Shown here in pieces: positions 24,351-37,830 of a stretch of DNA of 64,000 nucleotides. Source of the stretch: Octopus bimaculoides (Eukaryota); the NCBI RefSeq assembly GCF_001194135.2, contig NC_068987.1, positions 105,776,131-105,840,130 on the forward strand. Direction: 5' to 3'. A program made the position numbers and the translations under genes. The stretch's first letter is position 1. Every line of letters begins with the position of its first letter. The notes under the pieces are model-generated. The model made no database searches. It had not been told where the DNA came from and saw only the letters and a program-made list of their open reading frames with translations.

Positions 24351-24773
24351 NNNNNNNNNNNNNNNNNNNNNNNNNNNNNNNNNNNNNNNNNNNNNNNNNN
24401 NNNNNNNNNNNNNNNNNNNNNNNNNNNNNNNNNNNNNNNNNNNNNNNNNNNNNNNNNNNNNNNNNNNNNNNNNNNNNNNNNNNNNNNNNNNNNNNNNNNN
24501 NNNNNNNNNNNNNNNNNNNNNNNNNNNNNNNNNNNNNNNNNNNNNNNNNNNNNNNNNNNNNNNNNNNNNNNNNNNNNNNNNNNNNNNNNNNNNNNNNNNN
24601 NNNNNNNNNNNNNNNNNNNNNNNNNNNNNNNNNNNNNNNNNNNNNNNNNNNNNNNNNNNNNNNNNNNNNNNNNNNNNNNNNNNNNNNNNNNNNNNNNNNN
24701 NNNNNNNNNNNNNNNNNNNNNNNNNNNNNNNNNNNNNNNNNNNNNNNNNNNNNNNNNNNNNNNNNNNNNNNNN

Positions 24774-24825
<52 letters not shown>

Positions 24826-24843
24826 ATAATAATAATAATAATA

Positions 24844-25058
24844 ATTCTTTCTACTGGAAGCACAAGGCCTCAAATTTGGGGGAAGGGATTAAGTGGATTG
24901 CATCGACTCCAGTGCGTAACTGGTACTTAATTTATCGACCCCGAAAGGATGAAAGGCAAAGTCGACCCCGGCGGTATTTGAACTCAGAACATGAAGATAG
25001 ACGAAATGCCACTAAGCATTTCGTCCAGCGTACCAACGATTCTGCCTGCTCGCCACCT
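24844..25058 (-). mobile_element. SINE family A
   Basis: Full core and head; flanked by (ACT)n/(AAT)n tracts. Confidence 0.85.
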
Positions 25059-25120
<62 letters not shown>

Positions 25121-27040
25121 ATAATAATAATAATAATATTAATAATAATAATAACAATTTTTTTTTACAAACTGTTCAAAGTTATTTCAATGCATTCAGT
25201 TGAACTTTTTTTATGTACATTACCGAATGATATCAGATCGATACAAGATGTTACGTGTCTTTGGTATTGATTTTTGTTTGATATCCGGTATGTAAATTAT
25301 TTAAATCACTTTATGCTTATTATTTGTTGTTTTCCTTTTTCTTTTAAAACAATTTTGTTCTTTCTAATGTTTATTTGTTTTGTTTTGTTTTTTTCTGTGA
25401 ATGTTAGCATGCCTCAAAGTTAACTTCCCCAGATTTGGAGAGCTAGTCAGTCAGACATGATTTTGCTTGTAAAAATTTACTTTGAAAACGACGAAAACAC
25501 TTTTTTGCATTCTTCACTATACAAATGCAACAACTTCGAGGGTTTTTTAATTCTTTTTTTTTTTTCAAGAAGAAACTATAATATATTCATTTATTTCTGT
25601 TGCCATTTTCGGAGGTAAAAATTTCCGAAATGTACATTTTGTTCGTGTAGATATGGTGATATAGCGAGAAAGTAGGCTACAAGTTTGAACTGCATAAAGA
25701 GGTCACATCAAAATGTGATCAGTTTCATGGTTAGAAAACTAACAGAAGAATCAATACTATAAACAAGTCATTGCTTCTCTATAAGTTTTAGATTTGGATT
25801 TCAATTTCCTCTGTAGTCAAGTTCTTCAATTCCTTACTCGATAAAATAATCATCAGTTAAGCTCTGGAGTTGATTTCAAATATGTCGAACTTCGAATACT
25901 GAAACTCCATACCTATGTTAGGAATCAATATTATTAAGAAATCATGAACGTTCTGTTTTCAAATCCTGCCGAAATCAATTTTAACTTTTAATCGTTCCCG
26001 GGTCGATAAAATAACGTAACAGTAAAGTATTAAGATCGATATATTTCACTATAGCCTCTGGCAAATATGTGTGATCACGTGAGTATATTAGAAATTAATT
26101 TTATTGGAAAATCATTAGTTTCATTGTTGCCGTTTTTCTATTCTTCGAAAAACCGAATATATTGTGTTTTAAGTACTTATGAGGAGCCATTGATGTGTAA
26201 CAGTTGAAATGTTGACTTTCTTTTAAGAATGACTTTCAAAAGAGCAATATTTCTACGATTGTATTTTAGTAAATAAATCGATTTTTTTTCTAGTATTGAT
26301 TTTTGCAAATTTTTTAAGTTGGCATTGTAACTGATAAACAGAAAAATTGGAAAAAAGCTTTCAAAGAAGATGATAAAGGGTTATGAATATCCATATGTAT
26401 TTAATCTCACTGTGGAATTAGGCACACTAGAGCTTTTCCAACAACATGGAAATCAAGCCAAACGGTTTCCTTTCACGGCAAGCTATTTATTAAAATGTAA
26501 ACAAATGTTGTGAGTGGCACATTTCGTTTGAAAATGAGAAAAATATATATAACTACAATGTCAGTCTTGAGCCATTATATGACGTGAACAAAGAAATGGA
26601 TTTCTGTCGGTTCGATGATCAGTATTTCAGTTGTTAAAAAGTGCCATTATGTAAATGAGTTATATCAGTCACAAATTTTATTTATATTTTATCAAAACGG
26701 TTTTTATTACAATCTATAGTGTGTGCGAGAAAATCGAGAAAATATTGATTGCTAAATAACTTATCATCAAAACACCAAGTCCTACTTTCAGGCACCTGCA
26801 AAGGGCTAACCTACGCATATGGCAACAGTGATATATATATNNNNNNNNNNNNNNNNNNNNNNNNNNNNNNNNNNNNNNNNNNNNNNNNNNNNNNNNNNNN
26901 NNNNNNNNNNNNNNNNNNNNNNNNNNNNNNNNNNNNNNNNNNNNNNNNNNNNNNNNNNNNNNNNNNNNNNNNNNNNNNNNNNNNNNNNNNNNNNNNNNNN
27001 NNNNNNNNNNNNNNNNNNNNNNNNNNNNNNNNNNNATATT

Positions 27041-28107
27041 AGTCAAAAGTTTTTTCGTATTTCAAGCTTTAATTAATAGTTCAAAGAAATTACATTTATT
27101 CAGCAAAATATATCCCATCATATTCTATTGTCTGTTGCCATGGTTTTGTTAGGAACTCAATTCCACTCTTATAACATTTGACTGGTTTAGAGGCAAAATA
27201 TCTCTCTGCAGCTTTTTCTTAACTATTATCCATATTGTTGAGTTTCCGTTCGGTAATTTGATGTTGCAAGGTCTGGGCTGTAGAAAGGGTGAAGCAGCAC
27301 TACCAGCCATTCAAGTTTCTAAGTTTGTGCTTGTTCATATTGGTAATGTATGCTGAGGCATTGTAATGCTGTAGAAGAGCGCGTTTTCGATTAGCTAACG
27401 TCTTGTAATGGACTTTCAGAGCATCATATACTCGCTGCAATTCTTGAGCATTCACAGGAAAACTATCTGGGACAAACGCCTTCGAAATTCTACCATAGTA
27501 CAACATAAAGTACAGTCTAAACTGCCCTTGTTTGACAACAAGTTTTGGAGCCTGGCCGTAAAGAAATCGGTGATTTCTCTTATTAGGATTACGAAAATAT
27601 ATCCATTTTTCATCCCCAGTTCATGAAGAGTCTCTCGACAGCATCATTTTAGATATTAGAAGAATGAACTTATAAATATGTCAATTGATGATGCCTTGTG
27701 AAGGACCAATTCGTGCTTGTGCTTGGCTGTTGTTCACGCATTTCAAGCAAGGCCTCATCTTCCCCCAAAAGTCTCTCCGACTTCGTTTTATCTTTGAGGC
27801 TGGTATCGCCTTCCTTTGTGTCACATGTTCGTTTATTGTTTCTGGATCTTCCATATCATTAATCTCTTTAGCCACAGTCCTTGCACAAGTAGAGTAGAAG
27901 GGTTCTTTTCGCATTTGTTTAGCACTCATTATCGAAACTGTAGAACAGAGAACAAATTATGACTGTCTTTATGTTATATATAAAAATAGAAAATAAACAA
28001 TTCCGTAACGATTGGACAAAGTTTTCATCGAATTAATAATATACCATGGAGATACAAGTTGCCAAAATCATCAGTGAACATTCGAATACACTTTTGACTC
28101 AACCTGA
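27041..28107 (-). mobile_element. Decayed mariner (DD34D-type) DNA transposon
   Basis: Minus-strand translations: GDTSLKDK (HTH-linker-like), TGDEKWIYFRNPNK, LLQHYNASAY (HDNA-like), LHPFYSPDLATSNY (YSPDLAPSD-like), C-terminal FASKPVKCYKSGIEFLTKPWQQTIEYDGIYFAE*; right end TA|TCAGGTTGAGTCAAAAGT, with AGTCAAAAGT also at the left end beside a gap; multiple stops and frameshifts. Confidence 0.9.
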
Positions 28108-28112
28108 TAGTG

Positions 28113-28162
<50 letters not shown>

Positions 28163-28237
28163 NNNNNNNNNNTATAACCACGTATATAAGGACGCATATA
28201 CATGCGGTGTCATTAACATATTTAAAAAAAAATTATT

Positions 28238-28402
28238 TCGTCAGTCTTTACGTCCTGATTTCAAATTCTTCCGAAGTCGACTTTGCCTTTCATCCTTTCG
28301 GGGTCGGTAAATTAATCTCCAATTGCATACTGGGGGTCGATCTAATCGACTGGCCACCTCCCCCAAAAGTTCGAGCCTTGTACTTAGAGTAGGAAAGAAT
28401 AT
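28238..28402 (+). mobile_element. SINE family A, 5'-truncated (tail type 1)
   Basis: TCAAATTCTTCCGAAGTCGACTTTGCCTTTCATCCTTTCGGGGTCGG...CCCCAAAAGTTCGAGCCTTGTACTTAGAGTAGG. Confidence 0.8.
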
Positions 28403-30000
28403 TTAAAAAAAATATTTCAGAATATTATTTGACATATTAGTTAAAATGCTATTCAAACAACAGAGCGATATCATAAGGCGAGTTCTTAGAAAGATCTGTC
28501 TTATGTGAGGTTTCAGTCATTTTGAGTATTCCCACAAGAACCAGATATGAAACAAAAACTGTTTTTGCTCATATTACTCGCACGATCTTTTAAAACATCA
28601 TAAAGATACAGATTTTACTTCATAATTTTCATATATTTTAAAATATAATATGTCCAAACAACAGATTCTTCTAGAGGAAAGCAGGTTCGGTAAACCAGCT
28701 AGAGTAATCGGATTAGAAATATGTTAGTCAGAGGACTGGAATTATGAGACTCTCATTTATAATGTCGTAAAGAATTCTCTAAATTTATGCATACACATAC
28801 ATACCTCAGTCCATATGTATGTATATATATGTATATATATATATANNNNNNNNNNNNNNNNNNNNNNNNNNNNNNNNNNNNNNNNNNNNNNNNNNNNNNN
28901 NNNNNNNNNNNNNNNNNNNNNNNNNNNNNNNNNNNNNNNNNNNNNNNNNNNNNNNNNNNNNNNNNNNNNNNNNNNNNNNNNNNNNNNNNNNNNNNNNNNN
29001 NNNNNNNNNNNNNNNNNNNNNNNNNNNNNNNNNNNNNNNNNNNNNNNNNNNNNNNNNNNNNNNNNNNNNNNNNNNNNNNNNNNNNNNNNNNNNNNNNNNN
29101 NNNNNNNNNNNNNNNNNNNNNNNNNNNNNNNNNNNNNNNNNNNNNNNNNNNNNNNNNNNNNNNNNNNNNNNNNNNNNNNNNNNNNNNNNNNNNNNNNNNN
29201 NNNNNNNNNNNNNNNNNNNNNNNNNNNNNNNNNNNNNNNNNNNNNNNNNNNNNNNNNNNNNNNNNNNNNNNNNNNNNNNNNNNNNNNNNNNNNNNNNNNN
29301 NNNNNNNNNNNNNNNNNNNNNNNNNNNNNNNNNNNNNNNNNNNNNNNNNNNNNNNNNNNNNNNNNNNNNNNNNNNNNNNNNNNNNNNNNNNNNNNNNNNN
29401 NNNNNNNNNNNNNNNNNNNNNNNNNNNNNNNNNNNNNNNNNNNNNNNNNNNNNNNNNNNNNNNNNNNNNNNNNNNNNNNNNNNNNNNNNNTATATATATA
29501 TATATATTCTCTTATTCTTTTGTTCATTTATTCGTTTGTTTATTTGTTTGTTTGTGTCTTTCTTTCTTTCTGTCTAGGACTACATCTAGAACTACATAAA
29601 CAAATTTGTAATTTTCGTTATGTTTTTGAGACTACAAGATGTAACTTTGGTGCTATTTGACTGTTATTTTTAGCATTTGTAACTGCCATGCAGCGGCTCT
29701 TTTGTTGGTTCGTGGTTTTAAACATTTGATAAAGAAGCCATAATGCCATCGAATGCAAACAAACAGCACTGTGACATATTATGATAAAATCAATTGACTA
29801 TTCCATACACAAAATATAGATAATCTTAAAAGTAAAATAAGATTTAATCCGTTTCAATTTTCTTTTTTAATACAAATTTGAATGAATACACTGAAACTGG
29901 ATTATCTATATGACGATGTAATTAATTCAAAAATTTATGGGTTTCTTTTTTAAACATTTATTAGCTTTTAAATCACAACGCTTATCATAATACCACTTAC

Positions 30001-30060
30001 CAGGAATTTGAGAAACAGGGATTTTAAGATCGATAAAGGTGGAAAAAGCACTTAGAGTAT
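30001..30060 (-). CDS. Candidate internal exon (60 nt, phase 1-1) of unidentified minus-strand gene
   Basis: Consensus donor CTG|gtaagt, acceptor ttgtacaccaatcag; only one frame open: TLSAFSTFIDLKIPVSQIP. Confidence 0.3.
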
Positions 30061-33012
30061 CTGATTGGTGTACAACGCTCATATTTAAATATCAAAAATA
30101 TATTTATACAAACTATTGCATGAATTATAATTACTTTTGAAAGGAGATTGATTAATATTCTACAAAAAGTAGTCATGGTTTATTTCGAACCAAGACATTT
30201 TTTAATGTGTTTTGTATTGTTTGCAATAGAAGACGCTCAGAATTTTACTATTTAATTGAACATTACCAGATATCAGTTTATATGAGCACAATACATGATT
30301 CTATATGACAGGCTTGTATTACATGTTTTAAAAATAGAGGCAATCTTAAATGGGTTATTTGGAGACAATTCTAACATAAATACACACATGCACACATACA
30401 CATGCGCACATAAAACAGAAATACCTTTACATTCTAACATTTACAGTTTCCTTCAGGCTAACAAGATCAGCAGCGTTATATCCAACGGCTAATCTTAATT
30501 TCACCCAGGTAAATACGCTTTCGGAAATTTCCAAGTAAATTCGGGATACGCATGATTTTATTTTTATTTCCAAATAATGTTGGAGAACCTCAGTCTTTGG
30601 AGCATTTATTTTCGTTTTTGTATTTCTACTGACCGAACATCTTGCGTTAGCATTCACTCTTTCACTTCACCATATCTCACTTTCTTTCTATTGCTCACTG
30701 TTCTACTATCACTCAATCTCTCTCTAAACATCTTCCACTTTATCTCTATATATTTCCATCATTATCAAGTGTGACAGAAATATTCATGCAACTACTTCAA
30801 TACAATTGATTCTGATATGTTTGAAAATTTATTAAATAGCTACTGCACACATAAATATACAAATACATACATACATACGTACGTATATACATNNNNNNNN
30901 NNNNNNNNNNNNNNNNNNNNNNNNNNNNNNNNNNNNNNNNNNNNNNNNNNNNNNNNNNNNNNNNNNNNNNNNNNNNNNNNNNNNNNNNNNNNNNNNNNNN
31001 NNNNNNNNNNNNNNNNNNNNNNNNNNNNNNNNNNNNNNNNNNNNNNNNNNNNNNNNNNNNNNNNNNNNNNNNNNTATATATATATATATTCATACACATA
31101 CCAATGGCTTCATGCAAAGAAATTCAAAAATTTTCAATCCTAGTTTCTAAACTTTTGGCAATACGTCCTGACAAATGCAGCTGAACTATCAGTATTATAG
31201 AAAATACGATTTAACAATTGTGATGTCAATTTACATAAAACCTTTGCCATCCGGCTAACAACAGCAACTACTAATTACTTTTTCCTCTCTCTTTCTCTGT
31301 CTATTTCTCTCTCGTTATATGCAGACACACACACATATGTATACCTTCACACGTGCATATACATTTACGTGTTTGTGTTTATGTATGTAGTATGTATGCA
31401 TGTATGTTTGTGTGTGTATATGTATGTGGCTATTAATGATTTCAGGATTTAACGGTGCAAGCGCCCACTATTCGTCTTGTGAGTTTCTGTTCTATTATCA
31501 TTTGTTATATTCCATCGTGACTTAATTCGCGCCAATCTTCCCGCTTGAAGATTCCAGTTTACATATTAATCTTTCTTTGACAATCTCACACTACCTACAG
31601 TTCTGATTAGTCAACTTATTTCCCGCCTTTTTCTACATTATAATGTTGGTATTCATGCTTTGAATATTCATATTTTGAACATGATATTAAATATTGACCT
31701 ACATATGGTTGCCTGATGAATTGGTTTTTATCGTCTAATGATGTATTGATTAATCTTAAGGATGTTGCGTATGTTACATGACTGAGTGTACGACGGGCAT
31801 TACGCCATAACAAAATCTCCGGCTGAGCCACTCTAGCGATACTGTGTAATCCATCCGTCTGTCATTTTATTATTATATTACGCAATGATGAAAGTTTCAC
31901 TGTGGCTTGGATACTTTAGATATGCTTGGAATTACGACTCACTAAACACGAGCAACTTCACTTCATTGTTGAATCTTTCACTATTGGAATAAATTGTTTA
32001 TCTGTTGATTTGTGTCATACTGTCTAGCCATCAAGTGTGGTTTCCTTCACTTTTATACGTCTCGATATTTAAATAGATACCTTTCAATCAGTATTTCCTA
32101 CATAATACGTACAAACATACATCATACGTGGAGTTTTTGTTACGGCAGCTGCAGATATAGTGAAAGCTGTCCTCAATCTGTCACACAATTTACATGGCTA
32201 CTGGAAGTTGAGTGCAACGTTTCCGGCACTAAAAGCCTAAAGTGACAGTACAGGCAAGTTAATCGTGACTGACTGAGCCAGTTATTATGCAAGAATGATA
32301 GATTTCTTCCAAGGAAACTGTTAGTGCGGGAGATAGAATCGGTTTAAGAAGCCAAAACACCAGCAATAGTAGAGGATGAAAAGAGCGCTCTTAAGACGTT
32401 CTGATGGATAAATGAATGGATGGATTTGGATGGGTGGATGGAACCACAAACAGATAATCAACGGACGGCGACAAGCAAGCAAACATTACAATAAGACAAA
32501 CAGAGATATACTGCCAGGAAGAAAGACATTTAGCCAGGTGTGTATGTATGTATGTATGTATGTATGTACGTATGTATGTATATAGGTAGGTAGGTATGAT
32601 GGTAGGAAGGTATGTAGTTAGGTTAAGTAGTTAGACAAAGAGGAAAACGAAAACCAGTGGAAATGAAGGAAAATAGAGAGGTAGCTACGAGGAGATATAA
32701 CCGCATAGAAAATTGGCATTTTAATCTCGATTTCTTGTAACTGGCATTATCTCGATAATCTTAGCTAGGATGTATTAAAATCTATTCATATACACATATA
32801 TAATCATACTGACATACACATAGACATACACACGTATATATACATACATATATATAAATATATATANNNNNNNNNNNNNNNNNNNNNNNNNNNNNNNNNN
32901 NNNNNNNNNNNNNNNNNNNNNNNNNNNNNNNNNNNNNNNNNNNNNNNNNNNNNNNNNNNNNNNNNNNNNNNNNNNNNNNNNNNNNNNNNNNNNNNNNNNN
33001 NNNNNNNNNNNN

Positions 33013-33065
<53 letters not shown>

Positions 33066-33757
33066 GATATTTTTATTTATGTCCAAGTGAACTTTTACAA
33101 TGGTGTTTTCATGTTTGCATGTCTATCTGTATGTGTCTCCTCCATACGTCTTTTCACCGTATTTATGCGTACGCATATGTAAGTAGTGTATGCCTCCTCG
33201 TCACTCTTCTCTCTCTCGGTCCTTCTATTCTCGCTCTAATTTCTGTTTTGTTTTATTTACTTACTTTTGCTTCTTATCTTTTTCTTTGAGATTTGATTCT
33301 CTTCTACATCACTTCAGTGGTTTCACCAATTCATTCATGCATGAAATCTTAGCTCAATGTCTCTAAGGTATAAAATCAAACAACACTTATACTAAGAGAA
33401 TGAATAGAATATTCTCCTCAGACAAGATGAAGCCATTTTCCTTTACTTTTCATTATTTCTTTCTTTTTGTTTTTATTGCTGCCTTTTACATCCTGCTGGC
33501 GACAATTCAGTTTCTAGTGAAAACTATAGAGTTCATGCCATGTGTCAACGTAGTTTTAGGAGAATTGCTGTTGTTTTCTTTCTATTTGGTTTAATCTTTT
33601 TATATTTTGAAGAATTTTAGCCATGTTTTATCCTTATTTAATGTTTTTCCTCATTGACAAAACAATACCAAATGTATGGAACATGAATATATGTATGACT
33701 GCATGCGGTACATGCATATCTTAACACTAAATTCGATTTGCTATTTATATTGCAGCC

Positions 33758-33839
<82 letters not shown>

Positions 33840-33848
33840 GTCTATCTG

Positions 33849-33911
<63 letters not shown>

Positions 33912-33944
33912 GTCTATCTATCTATCTATCTATCTATCGATACA

Positions 33945-34110
33945 TACACCGATGTTGGTGTGTTACGTTCCCGTAACTTAGCAGTTCTGTAAAAGAGACT
34001 GATAGACTAAGTACTAGGCTGACAAAGAATAAGTCCTGGTGTCGAATTGTTCGACTAAAGGCAGTGCTCCAGCATGGCTGCAGTCAAATGACTGAAACAA
34101 GTAAAAGAAT
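33945..34110 (+). mobile_element. SINE family C, 3' half
   Basis: CCGATGTTGGTGTGTTACGTTCCCGTAACTTAGC...GTGCTCCAGCATGGCTGCAGTCAAATGACTGAAACAAGTAAAAG. Confidence 0.85.
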
Positions 34111-34183
34111 ATTGATTTATATGTATGCGTTTATAAATATATATGTATGCTTGTATCTGTGCATGTACGTTTGTATGTATGTA

Positions 34184-34224
<41 letters not shown>

Positions 34225-37204
34225 CTGCGTGTATACATGCATGTATGTGCGTATAGACATATTGGTTTGGTGTCAGCAAATCAAAATTTAATCAACGCAT
34301 TTCAAGTTAGATTGCTTTATTTTGTATTTCAGAGAAACCTACACGATGCATGATGTTTCCTTTGCAGTGCGATGAATTAAAATTTTCATTAAAAAGGAAA
34401 AAAAAAAAAAAGCTGTGAATGTTATCATAGTTGTTAAATGCCCTGAATGAAGAAAAAAAAATGAGCTAATTTCAATAAATTCAAGACTGAAGTAAAACAT
34501 TGAGGCAAAAAAAAAAAAAAAAAATGGGAAATCTGATTCTTCGGAGCTAAAAGACAATTATAGATGCAGTGTTTTGGCATCAGTTTAGATTTATCAGTAT
34601 AGGATTGTCATTTTCGCTTACAATTATTTTTATAGAATTTAACATATACACAGCGTTCCATGAATTCTTGGGCAAAACTAATTTGCATGATTACCAGCTG
34701 TATAAGTAACATATTGAAACGGGGCATGCTAAAAGCTGTACTCTATGAGATTTTAACTTGTATAATTCTCTTACGCTCAGAGGAAAACAAAGAATTTACA
34801 GTTAGTAGTAATAGTAGTTATAGTAGTAGTAGCAGCAGCAATAGTAGCAGTAGCAGTAGCAGGAGTAACTATAGTTGTGTTAGTAGTAATTGCAGACGAT
34901 ACCCCATCTGATATTTCATTGGAAAATCGACCCCTGATTTTAGGTTACATCCATCAGATCATTGCCTGTAACGGAATAAAACAAGTTTTCTTTACGTCTT
35001 TAATGAACAATTATTTCCATATCAATTAGTGGTAAAGAATTTTTTTTTAATAGAAACCACTTATAATAAATTAGCTGCATACATAGTATTGAAGTAAGAA
35101 TCTAGCAAAGCAAACCAACAACGGTAGATTGCTCATGTAGAAGCACAAATTCATGCACTCTGAACCAGTCATAAATTTATGTAGGAACTATGTATGAAAC
35201 ATTTATCACTAAATTTCAGACATTGAGTGTAAATATTGTGGCTATACTGTTACTCCAACCATTCCTCTTCAAAAGAGTGATTTTATAGACATGTCGTACC
35301 GTATTTTCGAATGTATCTCTTCCTTACACAAGATGGTAAGAGTTGGATTTGAGAAAGATCTGGCAGTTACTTTTAACAGGCTGATGGATCTTATATAGCG
35401 GCTTCCTCTTATTTCTTATGGTTATTAATCGTACTTTTCCAGGGATGCAGTGCCATTCTACGGTACGTTATTAGTATGAAATAGTAGTATATTGTGAAAG
35501 AGGCAGACAGAAAACTATGACCAGTGTCCATCACATTTCCGTGACTGATAAAGTTTCAAAGACCGAGTTGATAGGATGGCACGGTTTCGTATTTTATTAA
35601 GCCCAATCTTCCAAACCTATAGTAAAAGCGTTCCAGGCATATTATTCTCGTTTTTCTTCTCAAAATTCTTTCTTGATTGTTGTCAGTGTTTCTCAGTGTT
35701 GTCTGAGGAAGATTTGGTTCTTATTTCTAGCAGCTTCCCAAACTACAATGGCTAGTTGAGTAATGCTTCTTTCAATGGGAACGTTGTACTTCAAGAAATC
35801 GAACCCAGGCGGGCGATTAGTTCTACCGTTTTACGAAGGCGAGAATGAAATATATGAATTCGATGGATTTTCAGTATTGAACTAATTTCTTCGTTCTAAA
35901 CGCGTAATCGACTGTCATATATTTACCATACATTGCATCACATTGACAGACGTATGAAAATGATATTTACTGTAAAGAAATTACATATATGTATGTCAAC
36001 CAGTGATTTTTGACATATTTGTAATAATGAGGAAATGGCTTGATATGTTAAATATTGGATTATTATCGTGTTTTGATATTTTCAAGCTTTACCGCAGGCT
36101 TTCTCTTGTATCCTGCTGGCAGTATATTACCGTAATTCCTTATTATTTATCGGCTTGTCGGGGATAGAAGCAGATTTGGAGAATTGTTATTGACAATAGA
36201 AAATCTCTTTATTGTTGTCCTGAAATAATTACCTGTCATCTATTTAACGATATTAAACTACCATCGCTTTGACTCGGACTATTGTGCTCTAAGGGACAGA
36301 TATATTCTCCAGTAACTGATGCCTGTCGCATGTTATCAATGTGATATTGTAACGTGATAGTTGCGCAAAAAGTAACTACTCGCTATTTTAAAATATTTCT
36401 ATTTCCGTTCATCACAGTGTCAATGAAAATAATTAAAACAAATTGCAACCCACGAGGTGACATCTCCATGATCGTTCGACTTGTGCTTGAAAGTAACAAA
36501 CCCTCCAAAAACCGGCCAAATTTGCCTCAAATCATCCCATTCTATTTGAACAGACGAAGACTTGGTTGCACATATTAAACTAGCGTAGAGAATACTATAC
36601 CTGGAAAAAAATACAGATTAGAGTTCCATGGTTTTGACCTCAGGCCTGCTTATAATATGGGACCACACTACAAATGCCAACTTAAAAGTTGCTTGAAAGT
36701 TAGATATATATCTGGAAAACTATGCCTGTAAGTCGCACCAAAATCTCATAGTTCTCTTAGATCAGAGCTGATATATAGCTACATAAGAGCAACAAATTTA
36801 TAGATATGTTCTCAACACACGCCGAAATTCCCAGGTTATTAAGCGCTACCACTCAATTTTTGTTTTGATATATACATACAGTTCAATAGTTGAAATTTAT
36901 ATCATGTACTCCTATCAATGCAGAATGTTAAATAACAAACACAAGATGGCAACAAGCGCAAAGATACACCTTTTGAACTTTAAAGAACCAAATCCAATAA
37001 CTAAACCCTTGTATTGTTATCATTTTCTACTTTATAATAAAGTCAATTGACAAATATGACAATAAAGTATATTGGTTATTGATATTCTATTTTCTTCTCA
37101 AATTGATCTTGGTCACACGAAATACACACACACACACATACATACACATATAGAATTAATATAAACAACAGTTTGCAATGTTTCACCAAAAAGGAGAATT
37201 GTAA

Positions 37205-37396
37205 ATGTCACTAAACGTGGCTAGGGTGAAAGAAAACACCTAAATTGCTAGAAATAAGAGCTAAACCGCTCTAATGATGTAGTTAACGTACATAAATAAA
37301 AAGATTAATGCATGGCAACTACAGCATTAGGGTGTTTTAGCTCTTATTTCTAGCAATGTAGGTGTTTCTTAACATCCTAGTCGTATTTAGTGGCAT
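37205..37396. repeat. MITE-like fold-back element, about 190 bp
   Basis: Arms of about 80 bp sharing AAACACCTA(A/C)ATTGCTAGAAATAAGAGCTAAA with scattered mismatches and small indels; short AT-rich spacer; no clear TSD. Confidence 0.85.
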
Positions 37397-37411
37397 ATGT
37401 ATATATACACA

Positions 37412-37830
37412 CAGGGTGTGTAAGATATTTGAAGAGAGATTTATGTTTATAAAAAAAAAAACAGATGTATAATAATAGATAATAACTTTATTTATCAAAA
37501 ATTGCTATGAGGATAAAAATAAATCTTTTCTATAATGTTATTCAATAAAACCACCTTCATCTTCAACAACTGCTTCTATATGAGATCTAAATCATCTACA
37601 TGCTCGAATAAAGTGGTCCTGGTTTATTTTGAACACTACTCCAACTAGGGCAGCTTTCATATAATCTTTGGTGTTATGGGTGTGTTCATTGATCTCTCTC
37701 TCAATAATGCTCCACATGTAACAGTCCAAAGGATTGAAATCCGAGGAATTAGGAGGCCAAATGTTAGTGGGTTATGTGATCATGAACATTTTCAGCCATC
37801 TATTCCTGCATACACTGTCTATCCAGGCCT
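37412..37830 (-). mobile_element. maT (DD37D-type) transposase 3' fragment
   Basis: IWPPNSSDFNPLDCYMWSIIERE...FRSHIEAVVEDEGGFIE* on the minus strand; CAGGGTG terminus at 37412. Confidence 0.8.

Noticed and set aside
27300-27929. ORFs MLYYGRISK... and MSAKQMRKEP... as host exons
   Set aside because: They are frames of the decayed mariner transposase.
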